Source: Candidatus Krumholzibacteriia bacterium
GTDB taxonomy: Bacteria; Krumholzibacteriota; Krumholzibacteriia; LZORAL124-64-63
Length of the DNA stretch: 64,000 nucleotides
Direction: 5' to 3'
Assembly: GCA_050174015.1 (NCBI GenBank)
Contig: JBFXKG010000008.1
Coordinates: 96,001-160,000, forward strand
Position 1 is the first letter of the stretch. Each line of letters starts with the position of its first letter. The position numbers were made by a program, and so were the translations under genes. Of the stretch, positions 56,104 to 64,000 are shown in pieces. The notes below the pieces were generated by a model, which was not told the origin of the DNA, ran no database searches, and saw only the letters and a list, made by a program, of their open reading frames with translations.

Positions 56104-58176
56104 TTGAAAATTCGCGGTTCTTTGTCCCAGGTCCTCTGGTCCCTCGCCGTCTGGGGAATCCTGGGGGCGGGCGGGTGCGCGGAGGACCCCGGGCGCCCCG
56201 ATGCGGGCGGAGCCGTCCTGGACATCCGGTGCCTGCCCCTGGGGCTGGGCGCTCCCTGGACCCTCGAACAGCCGGGAGGACGGGTCTCCGTCGGCTACGG
56301 GGACACCACGCTGGCCGGACTGGCTCCTGGTGATCATCGCCTCGCCTGGTCCCGCGTCCCCAGCTGGATCAGCCCGGACCCCGACACCCTCGCGGTCCGG
56401 CTCGCCTCGGGCAGCCGGGATTCCCTGGTGGGCCGCTACCGCCAACCCCAGGCCGGAACCGCGGTCCTGCACCTCCTGCCCCATCCCCCCGAACTGCAGG
56501 CCCCCTGGTTCCTGGACCGGGGCGACGGCTGGACCAGGCAGGGAACGGGCGAGGCCAGGTTCGAGGGACTGGAGGCCGGGGCCTATTCGTTGTTCTGGGG
56601 ATACGTCGCGGGTTACTACCTGCCGCCCGGCGGGTTCCGGCAGGTCGAACTGGCGCCTGGCTCCTCGGTGACCGCCGCGGGAATCTACCGGCAGGAATCG
56701 CTGCCGTCGGGAACCCTGGTCATCGACGCCGAACCCGACCACCTCTTCGCTCCCTGGGAACTCCGGGGGCCGGACGACCAGGTCTACCTCGGGCAGGGGG
56801 ACGCGACCTTCTACGGCATGGCCGCCGGAAGCTACGTCCTGGAGTGGGGGGATGGGGGAGTGTGGGGGCGCCCCCGCGTGGGCTCGCCCACCGGACTGCT
56901 GATCGCCAACCAGGTCCTCAGCTTCGGCGGGGACTACCTGTCCCCCGACGTGCCGGAGGTCCCGGGGCTCCTGGTTGGAAACGGGCCCATGGCGGGCGAG
57001 GTCGTCGTATCCTGGGATTCCGTCGACAACTCCCTGGACCCCATCGCGTGGTACGACGTGGCCGCCGATCCCGACGGGCCCCTCACCACCGGGACCTTCG
57101 CCTCGGCCCGGCTTCTCGGCTCCTTCCCCCACGCGGGTCTCCACACCCGTTACGAGCAGGTCTTCGGCCCCGCCGACGGCCTGGAGACCGGCAGGCGCTA
57201 CTGGTTCGCCGTCCGGGCCAGGGACGGGAACGACCGGGCTTCGCCCGTGACGGAATCCCCGGACCATCTGGTGAGCAGAGGCTGGCATCTCTCCGGCGTG
57301 GTCCGCGATCACCGGGGCGAACCCGTGGCGGGGGTTCCCCTGGAGGTGGTCTCCATGGGCGGGGAAGGCCCGGCCCTGCGGGCCTGGTCGCAGGCGGACG
57401 GCTCGTTCCTGTCGCCCCTGCTGCTGTCCTTCGATCCGGTCGGCGTGGTCACGGACGCGGCGGAATCCCATCCCGGACTGTATTACGACGTCCGGATCGA
57501 GGGTCTGGACTGGGACGGCCAGGACCGCCTGGACATCACCCTGGTTCCCCGCCACCGGCTGGACGACGCCTGCAGCGAGTTCGACCACGACTTCCTGACC
57601 TACCTGCGGGGGATGACCAACACCACCAATCCCACCAACAACCGGCCCGACACCCGGCTGTGGAAGTGGGAGTCGTACCCCCTGAAGGTCTTCGTGCCCC
57701 CCGCGACCGGGACGACGGGCCTGGACCTTGCGGATCTCTGCCGGGAGATGCCCCCCGTCTGGAACCTGCACCTGGAGCAGGAGGTCTTCGTCATGACCGA
57801 CCGGCCCGATTCGGCGCAGGTCGTCTTCCGGTTCGACGACGACCTGCCCCAGTTGAACGGGCAGGTTTCGGTGGTGCTGCCCGAGGGCGGTCACTTCATC
57901 GGGGACGTCGTCCCGGAAAGGTTGGAGGTCTACGTCAACTCCACCATGGGCATCGCCCGGAGGGTCCAGGAGGTCGCCCTGCACGAGCTCGGCCACGTGC
58001 TGGGGATCGCGGACCATTCCCAGTGTTCGGACGCCGGCTACCTGATGTACATCAGCAGCAGCGGGGCCCTGGACCGCGGGATCGAGGCGGCGATCCACCC
58101 GGACGAGAAGGCCCTGGCGTGGACAATCATCAACATGCCGCAGGGTTTCGACATGGCGGATTACCTGCCGGAATGA
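56104..58176 (+). CDS. Multidomain lipoprotein with C-terminal metzincin-like protease
   Basis: Lipobox-like AGGC, three APW...G-x-GD repeats, FN3-like domain (YWFAVRARD), HELGHVLGIADH, Met-turn LMY. Confidence 0.7.
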   Translation: MKIRGSLSQVLWSLAVWGILGAGGCAEDPGRPDAGGAVLDIRCLPLGLGAPWTLEQPGGRVSVGYGDTTLAGLAPGDHRLAWSRVPSWISPDPDTLAVRLASGSRDSLVGRYRQPQAGTAVLHLLPHPPELQAPWFLDRGDGWTRQGTGEARFEGLEAGAYSLFWGYVAGYYLPPGGFRQVELAPGSSVTAAGIYRQESLPSGTLVIDAEPDHLFAPWELRGPDDQVYLGQGDATFYGMAAGSYVLEWGDGGVWGRPRVGSPTGLLIANQVLSFGGDYLSPDVPEVPGLLVGNGPMAGEVVVSWDSVDNSLDPIAWYDVAADPDGPLTTGTFASARLLGSFPHAGLHTRYEQVFGPADGLETGRRYWFAVRARDGNDRASPVTESPDHLVSRGWHLSGVVRDHRGEPVAGVPLEVVSMGGEGPALRAWSQADGSFLSPLLLSFDPVGVVTDAAESHPGLYYDVRIEGLDWDGQDRLDITLVPRHRLDDACSEFDHDFLTYLRGMTNTTNPTNNRPDTRLWKWESYPLKVFVPPATGTTGLDLADLCREMPPVWNLHLEQEVFVMTDRPDSAQVVFRFDDDLPQLNGQVSVVLPEGGHFIGDVVPERLEVYVNSTMGIARRVQEVALHELGHVLGIADHSQCSDAGYLMYISSSGALDRGIEAAIHPDEKALAWTIINMPQGFDMADYLPE

Positions 58177-58194
58177 CGGTGGTTCCCGGGAGAA

Positions 58195-58228
58195 ACGAGG
58201 CGGGGCTCCCCAGGGAGCCCCGCCTCGT
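58195..58228. terminator. Bidirectional terminator hairpin
   Basis: ACGAGGCGGGGCTCCC / GGGAGCCCCGCCTCGT perfect inverted repeat between convergent genes. Confidence 0.7.
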
Positions 58229-58251
58229 CGTTCGGTCGGGATGCTTCCGGA

Positions 58252-60711
58252 CTACTCTTTCTTTTCCGGCAGCGTGGACGGGTCGATCCTGGTCAGTTCC
58301 CTGGGTCCGGCGACCAGCTCGGCCTTGCCCGCGGCGGTGATGGTGATCGTGGCCGCGCTCCACTCGTCACCCGAGTCGGAGAGCGACCCGTGATAGGTCG
58401 TCACCGTCTGCTGGGGCGTGCCCTCGTTCAGCCTGACCACCACCGTGCAGCCGGTGGGGGTGGGGTTCTCCGAGTCGTGGTCGCTGTAGTAGTGGACCCT
58501 CACGGAATAGGTGCCCGCCGAGGCGGATGAGGTCGTGATGTTCTCGGGACCGTAGCCGTCGGTGTCGTCGAAGTCCAGGTTCAGGCCGCTGGAGGTCGAG
58601 GAATGCGACCAGCCGCAGGATTCGCCGGCGGGATCGGTGACCCACAGGTCGACGTCGGTGCCGCCGGTGTCCCAGGTCAGGGTCACCCGCAGGGCGGCCG
58701 GGGGAACCTGGGCGCGGAAGCTGGTCGTGTCCTCGGCGTGGCGTGAGCCGGAGTCCGCGACGACCAGGACGGAGACGTTCTGGGACTGGGCCGACGCCTC
58801 GACGGCGATGTCCTGGCTGAATCGCCCGTTGCTGAGATTCATCGTGAACACCTGGTCGACGTCCCCGCCGATGGCGAGCTGCGCGGTGGCCAGGGAGGGG
58901 TTGGACACCGAACCCGAGATGTTCAGGACGCGGTCGGTCACCGGGGAACCGATCGGGTCGATCTCGACGCCGAAGACGACGTCGAAGACCATGTCCTGGG
59001 CCAGGGTCACCCCTGCGGTGGAGAACTCCAGGGTCACGGTCCCTTCTTCGGGGCTGTAGTTGACGGGCAGGATGAAGTTCCCGCCGATGGTGGTGCTCCC
59101 GCCGGCCGCGATGGTCACGCTGGAGCCGCCGATCAGCTGCGCGGTGATCCGGTCCTGGCCGTGGAGACTCACGACCCCGGACACCGCCTCGGCGCCGTGG
59201 TTGGCCAGGGTGATGGAGACGCCCACCGTCTCGCCGGGATTGATCTCGCCGTCGTCGAACTGCTCGCTGGAGATCGACCACGACGCGATCTCGACCTCGG
59301 CGCCGGTGGTCCGCACGGTCGCCGAACCCTGCCGGGAGTTGCCGAGGGTGTCGGTGACCTCCAGATCCACCGTGTAGGTCCCGATCTGCTTCGGGGTGAA
59401 CACCAGGGATGCCCCGCTCTGGGACTTGCCCGTGAACTCCCCGCCGGTGATGGTCCAGCTGAAGCTCAGGCTCGAGCCCACGACGCTGGCGGCCGTGGCG
59501 TTCACCGTGACGGGCTGGTCGATGGGACTGGTCTCGGGGCTGGCGGCCACGCCCTCGAGGATGAGGCTGTTGGCCGCGAAGTTGTACATCTCGTGCAGCA
59601 TGGTGGTCGCCTGGTTCTTGACGATCTCCAGGTTCTCCTGCACCGACCGCACGTAGCCCTCGGCGATGACCACGACCTCGTAGACGCCGGTGGCCAGGGG
59701 GATCTGCGTGTCCGGATCGACGCCGTCGACGATGGCGACCTTGGGCTCATCCTCGGGCTGGTCCTTCTTCTGGATGAGGATGGTCTTGCGGGAGGTCAGG
59801 TTGGTCAGGGAGTCGGCGTCCTTGACGATGCTGCGGACCTGGCCCTTGTCGTCCTCGGGCTGGTCGCCGGAGATCATCTGATCGCCGACCTCCGCCAGCG
59901 CGTCGCTGCCGCTGACGGCGCCGACGTAGTTCTTGACCTGGTCCTTGGCGGCCTTCTTCAGGGTGTTGACCGTCTCCGCCTTCTCACCGTTGTCCCAGAG
60001 GTGGACGTCCCCCCTGGTCCGTTTCTTCAGGGGATGATCGTCGGGGAGGTTGCGGTAGTATTCGATCTTCTGCTGGGTGGTCGACCCCTCCAGCTCGCTG
60101 ATGGGCACGTAACCCTCCTGGGAGTCCCCGCGATTGATCGCGTCGATGATCCTCTCGTCCCTGGCGGCGTTGTGTTCCTCGAGGCGCTTGGCGAAATCGG
60201 AGACGATGGGGATGCCCGAGTCCGAGGCGGAGAGAGCCTCGCGAAGGGAATGGGAGCCGCTCAGCACCCGCCAGCTGGTCCGGACCATCTGGCCCGAGGA
60301 GACGACGGACTTCTTCACGACGTTGAAGAGGCCCTTGGCGACGGAGCCGGCGGCGTCCGTGAACATGCCCTTGCCCGCCGAGCCGTAGGCGTGGATGTCG
60401 TCTTCCAGCGCGATCAGGGCGTCCATCTTGGCGCCGACGACGAGGGTCTTCTGGACGTAGTCGTTGACCAAGGTCGTGATCTGGGCGTTGTCCGGGGTCT
60501 TGGCGTTGAAGGCGCCTTCGAGCTGGTCCCAGGAGGCGTCGAGATCCGTGAAGGAGTCCTGGAGTTCCCGGCTCGTGGGCCAGTAGTCGTTGATGCTGTC
60601 CTCCATGTTGCCCGGAGGAGGGGTCGTCGGTCCCGTGGGGTCGTCGCCTCCGCAGCCGGTGATGGTGATCACGAGCAGCAGGGTCAGCAGCAGTCGAGCT
60701 CTTGATGTCAA
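58252..60711 (-). CDS. Large lipoprotein with Ig-like (PKD) domains and YfaP/DUF2135-like C-terminus
   Basis: TTG start after GGAGG; lipobox ITGC; FSW...GTYTV; LRVTLTWD...DVDLWVTDP, DDTDGYGPENI. Confidence 0.75.
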   Translation of the reverse strand: MTSRARLLLTLLLVITITGCGGDDPTGPTTPPPGNMEDSINDYWPTSRELQDSFTDLDASWDQLEGAFNAKTPDNAQITTLVNDYVQKTLVVGAKMDALIALEDDIHAYGSAGKGMFTDAAGSVAKGLFNVVKKSVVSSGQMVRTSWRVLSGSHSLREALSASDSGIPIVSDFAKRLEEHNAARDERIIDAINRGDSQEGYVPISELEGSTTQQKIEYYRNLPDDHPLKKRTRGDVHLWDNGEKAETVNTLKKAAKDQVKNYVGAVSGSDALAEVGDQMISGDQPEDDKGQVRSIVKDADSLTNLTSRKTILIQKKDQPEDEPKVAIVDGVDPDTQIPLATGVYEVVVIAEGYVRSVQENLEIVKNQATTMLHEMYNFAANSLILEGVAASPETSPIDQPVTVNATAASVVGSSLSFSWTITGGEFTGKSQSGASLVFTPKQIGTYTVDLEVTDTLGNSRQGSATVRTTGAEVEIASWSISSEQFDDGEINPGETVGVSITLANHGAEAVSGVVSLHGQDRITAQLIGGSSVTIAAGGSTTIGGNFILPVNYSPEEGTVTLEFSTAGVTLAQDMVFDVVFGVEIDPIGSPVTDRVLNISGSVSNPSLATAQLAIGGDVDQVFTMNLSNGRFSQDIAVEASAQSQNVSVLVVADSGSRHAEDTTSFRAQVPPAALRVTLTWDTGGTDVDLWVTDPAGESCGWSHSSTSSGLNLDFDDTDGYGPENITTSSASAGTYSVRVHYYSDHDSENPTPTGCTVVVRLNEGTPQQTVTTYHGSLSDSGDEWSAATITITAAGKAELVAGPRELTRIDPSTLPEKKE

Positions 60712-60913
60712 GGTCGGCCTCCTCGAAGTTGGGCGAATCGCGGCCGGGAAAATCCTTCCCCGCCGGGTTGTTCTTTTCCCGGTAGCCTCGGCATCGGCCT
60801 CGGGATTCCCGTTGATCCTCCACCACAGCAAAGCTAATGCCCTGCTGCAGCGGGGGATAGAATTTTTTGAAAACACGGGTTCGAAAAAGGAGGAAATGAG
60901 GATTGTTTGCGGC

Positions 60914-62062
60914 TCAGACCGGAGGGCGGTTGCCTTCCCCGTAGCCGGCCATCTCGACGAATCCCCGACCGATGGTCCGGCCGGCGCCGGCCGGTCCCCG
61001 GGAACGGACCTCGACCGCCCCTTCCCAGTAGTGGACGCCCGACAGGCGGGAGACGTTCTCCTGGTCGGGGATCACCGCTTGGAATTCCAGATCGAGGCCG
61101 GCCGAGGGCACCTCCAGGATCCACTTCACCGGGTAGTCGGCGCCGGTGACCGGACTGCGCCACCGGTCCTGCGTTTCCAGCCGGAAATCGCCGTCCGCCA
61201 GGGGAGTGGTCGATCCGTCGGGAGCGACCAGGGTGCCCGACGCGAACCCGTCTCCTCCCTCCGGACCGAAGAGCCGGTAGACCATCAGTTCGCGGCCGTC
61301 GGCCAGCTGGAGGCTGACCCAGTCCCAGCCCTTCTGATCGGGGGCCAGGGTGCTGGTGAAGATCTCCTGGTCCATCCAGCACTCCCCGCGGACGCGGACC
61401 ATGGCCCCGTTCCGCATCACCGATCCGCTGACCTCCATGCGGGTGAAGGCGGCGTACAGGCTGCCGGCGGTGCCGGCGGCGTTCTTGGCGCTGAACCCGA
61501 GGTCGCCGTGCAGGACCACCGGCTTGGCCGGCCGGCAGTCCAGCGCGAAGGCCAGCCCCTGGCGGTCATCGGACGCCCGCAGGGCGAACGCCTGCCCGTC
61601 GAAGCCGAGGGACCAGAGATCGGCCGTGCCGCCCGGTCCCCGGCACCAGGCGATGACGGTGTCCCCGGGAGCGCCGAACCCGCCCAGCAGCGGGGTCGCC
61701 CGCCACAGGACCTCGCTGAAGACGTGGTTCCCCGCGGCGGCATCGCTGATCGCGGCGTGGGCCATGACGCCGCCGCGGGCGGCAAGACCCGTCTCCGGCG
61801 TTCCCGTTCCCGGGGGCACCATGCCCAGCCTGAAGAAGGTCAGCTGGAAGCCGAGGGCGTCGCCCGGGACCCCGGCGACGTCCTCCGGTTCGAGGTGCCC
61901 GGTGAAGTACCACCACTCGGTCTTGAATTCGGGATGGGCGAAGTGGTCGCGGGGCCATTCCCACCGGTACCCCGGAGCGGCCTGGCGCCAGCCGGAGTCG
62001 GATCCCGCCCCGCAGGGAAGGGCCAGCGCAGCGGTCAGGATCAGCCAGGTCCACCTTGCCAT
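60914..62062 (-). CDS. AttH/CrtC-like lipocalin-fold secreted hydrolase
   Basis: WPRDHFAHPEFKTEWWY, GFQLTFFR, WMDQE, GWDW, YWEG, GFVEM. Confidence 0.85.
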   Translation of the reverse strand: MARWTWLILTAALALPCGAGSDSGWRQAAPGYRWEWPRDHFAHPEFKTEWWYFTGHLEPEDVAGVPGDALGFQLTFFRLGMVPPGTGTPETGLAARGGVMAHAAISDAAAGNHVFSEVLWRATPLLGGFGAPGDTVIAWCRGPGGTADLWSLGFDGQAFALRASDDRQGLAFALDCRPAKPVVLHGDLGFSAKNAAGTAGSLYAAFTRMEVSGSVMRNGAMVRVRGECWMDQEIFTSTLAPDQKGWDWVSLQLADGRELMVYRLFGPEGGDGFASGTLVAPDGSTTPLADGDFRLETQDRWRSPVTGADYPVKWILEVPSAGLDLEFQAVIPDQENVSRLSGVHYWEGAVEVRSRGPAGAGRTIGRGFVEMAGYGEGNRPPV

Positions 62063-62070
62063 GGGGCTCC

Positions 62071-63999
62071 TCACAGGTCGTCCCGGCTCAGCTGGGCGGG
62101 GCTGGACAGCCCCGACTTCCAGGCCGGGTAGATGCCGGCGGCAAGGGCCGCGCCGAGGATGACGGCGACCTCCAGGGAGAGGGCGCCCAGCGGCACGTCC
62201 GGGCGGATCGTCCAGCCGAACCAGTCGCGGTTGATGACCAGGATGAGCAGGGCGGCCAGGCCTGCGCCGCCGCCGAGACCCATCGCCAGCCCCAGGCCGG
62301 CCATGGCGAGGCCTTCGCCGAGGAACATGCGTGAGATCTGGCCGCGGGTCGCCCCGAGGGCGCGGAACAGGGCGAGCTCCCCGGCGCGCTCCCGGACCTG
62401 GATGAGCTGGGCGAGGGCCAGACCGCAGGCGGCGATGAACAGCGCCATGGTCTGCAGGGTGCGCGTGACGGCGAACGTCTGGTCGAAGATGTCCAGGACT
62501 TCCCGGCGCAGGGTGGCGTTGCTGCGGAAGACCAGAGGGCGCCCCTGGTGGATCCGCTGGAGCTCGGCGACCACGGCGTCGGGATCGGCGCCGGGCCGAA
62601 GGAACAGCGCGGCGTTGTTGGGCTGGTCGGAGCGGAAGTGTCGCCCGAAGGTCTCCAGGGTCGTGAACGCCGTGCCGGCCTCGCTGGTGTAGTCGAAGGC
62701 CACTCCGGCGATGGGCAGGGAAACCGGCCCGTCGGGACCCGCGAGAACCAGGTCGTCCCCGGGTCCAAGCCCGGCCTTGCGGGCCAGGGGCTCGCCGATG
62801 ACCACGGCCTCGGCGTCGAGCAACCGTCCGGCCACAGTCTCCGGGTCGCCCGCGTAAAGGGGAAGACGGGAGGCGAGGGTGACGCCGGGGACCGCCGAGA
62901 AGGCGATGCCGCTGAGCCAGACCCGGTGGCGGCCGTCGGCGGTGCTCACGCGCAGGCGGCGCTGGGTCTCGACGGCCTGGACGTCCGGTCTGCCGCCCAG
63001 CGCGGCCAGCAGATCCCCGTCGAGGAACGCCTCGTTGCCGGCGCGGACCCACGACTCGGTGGAGACGTAGACGTCGGCCCGGATGGTCACGTCGAGCCAG
63101 GTGACCAGCGTCTGGCGGAAGCTGCCGACCAGCAGGGTGATCCCGACCATCATGCTGATGGTCACCGCCAGGGCCGCCACCGCGAAGCTGCTGGTGCGCA
63201 GGCGGATGGTCAGGTTGCGCAGGCTGAGGACCCAGCCCAGGCCGCGGGGGCGCAGGGGGGCTCCCGCCGTCCGGATCACGCCCGGAACCAGGAGCGGCAG
63301 GCCGATGAGCATGACGAAGCCGAGGATGAAGCCGGCGTAACGGTTGTCCCCGCCGGCGGCGGCGAACCAGAGCAGGCCCGCGGCCATCGCCGCGACGGCG
63401 AGCAGGGCGAGCGGAATCGCGGTGCGCCGCGCTCCCTCGTGGATCGTCAGCGGCGAGAGCAGTTCGACCACCCCCCGGCGCGACATGTCGATCGCCGGCA
63501 GGATCGCCCCGCAGAGGGCGCCGCCCAGCCCGACCGCCGCCCCGAGGACGATGACCGAGGGGGTGAGGACCAGGCGCGAGATCTCTTCCAGGACGTAGAT
63601 GCTGGTCAGGGTGGCGCTCACCGTCTCCACGTTCCACAGGGCGATCCGGAATCCGGTGGGGATGCCGATGACCACGCCCAGCAGGCCCAGCACCCCCGCC
63701 TCGGCCAGGATCAGGACGAGGACCTGGCGGGGTTGCATCCCCAGGACGCGCAGGACCCCGAATTCCCGCCGCCTGCGGACCAGGCTCGCCTGGACGCTGG
63801 CCAGGACGAGGAACAGGCCCACGAACACGCTGATCAGGCTCAGGGCGGTCAGGTTCAACCGGAAGGCAGCCAGCAGTCCGGAGGCGTCCTCGGCCCGCTG
63901 CTCGGGAGTCAGGACCCGCACGCCGGGTCCGAGGTTCCGCTGGAGCCTGGCGGCCGCCGTCCCGGGATCCTCGTCCCCGGCGAGGACGATGTCGATCTG
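62071..63999 (-). CDS. FtsX/MacB-like ABC transporter permease (AttF/G-like), 5'-truncated by window
   Basis: Frame is open to the window edge. AFRLNLTALS, RRREFGVLRVLG, IFDQTFAVT, VINRDWFGW; adjacent to the AttH-like gene. Confidence 0.85.
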   Translation of the reverse strand, partial: QIDIVLAGDEDPGTAAARLQRNLGPGVRVLTPEQRAEDASGLLAAFRLNLTALSLISVFVGLFLVLASVQASLVRRRREFGVLRVLGMQPRQVLVLILAEAGVLGLLGVVIGIPTGFRIALWNVETVSATLTSIYVLEEISRLVLTPSVIVLGAAVGLGGALCGAILPAIDMSRRGVVELLSPLTIHEGARRTAIPLALLAVAAMAAGLLWFAAAGGDNRYAGFILGFVMLIGLPLLVPGVIRTAGAPLRPRGLGWVLSLRNLTIRLRTSSFAVAALAVTISMMVGITLLVGSFRQTLVTWLDVTIRADVYVSTESWVRAGNEAFLDGDLLAALGGRPDVQAVETQRRLRVSTADGRHRVWLSGIAFSAVPGVTLASRLPLYAGDPETVAGRLLDAEAVVIGEPLARKAGLGPGDDLVLAGPDGPVSLPIAGVAFDYTSEAGTAFTTLETFGRHFRSDQPNNAALFLRPGADPDAVVAELQRIHQGRPLVFRSNATLRREVLDIFDQTFAVTRTLQTMALFIAACGLALAQLIQVRERAGELALFRALGATRGQISRMFLGEGLAMAGLGLAMGLGGGAGLAALLILVINRDWFGWTIRPDVPLGALSLEVAVILGAALAAGIYPAWKSGLSSPAQLSRDDL

Positions 64000-64000
64000 G

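Noticed and set aside
54646..58098. 1150-aa minus-strand ORF and many similar long alternative-frame ORFs
   Set aside because: They are shadow frames typical of high-GC DNA, lying opposite well-supported genes and lacking motifs.

Overview
This is a high-GC bacterial chromosomal window. Two secreted proteins with PNPFNP/FlgD-type C-terminal domains suggest an FCB-group lineage such as Latescibacterota or Krumholzibacteriota (inference). Most of it is ordinary: S8 and S9 peptidases, a GT4, a sensor kinase, a sirtuin, a long GreA, a T2SS/MSHA-like pilus locus, iorAB, an ECF sigma/Ser-Thr kinase pair, molybdenum-cofactor and modABC genes, tandem gap genes, rnfABCDGE, transporters and lipoproteins. 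The standout is a 2.26-kb, lower-GC IS1595 (ISXO2-like) element at 40811-43071 with imperfect terminal inverted repeats. Its cargo is a minus-strand operon: one coiled-coil/wHTH-like ORF followed by three tRNA genes whose bodies and anticodons disagree. These are a 9/3 allo-tRNA with Ser-type identity and a UUA (ochre) anticodon, a Leu-body tRNA with a Pro (UGG) anticodon, and a Leu-body tRNA with a Ser (UGA) anticodon. All three have 5' leaders that can pair with their own NCCA ends. This looks like a mobile mistranslation/stop-readthrough cassette; its function is inferred, not shown. Secondary signals are a GAPDH paralogue lacking the canonical catalytic Cys, a CarH-like operator, a Rex-like box before rnf, and a three-module pseudopilin. 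All calls come from reading the sequence by eye; no searches were run.
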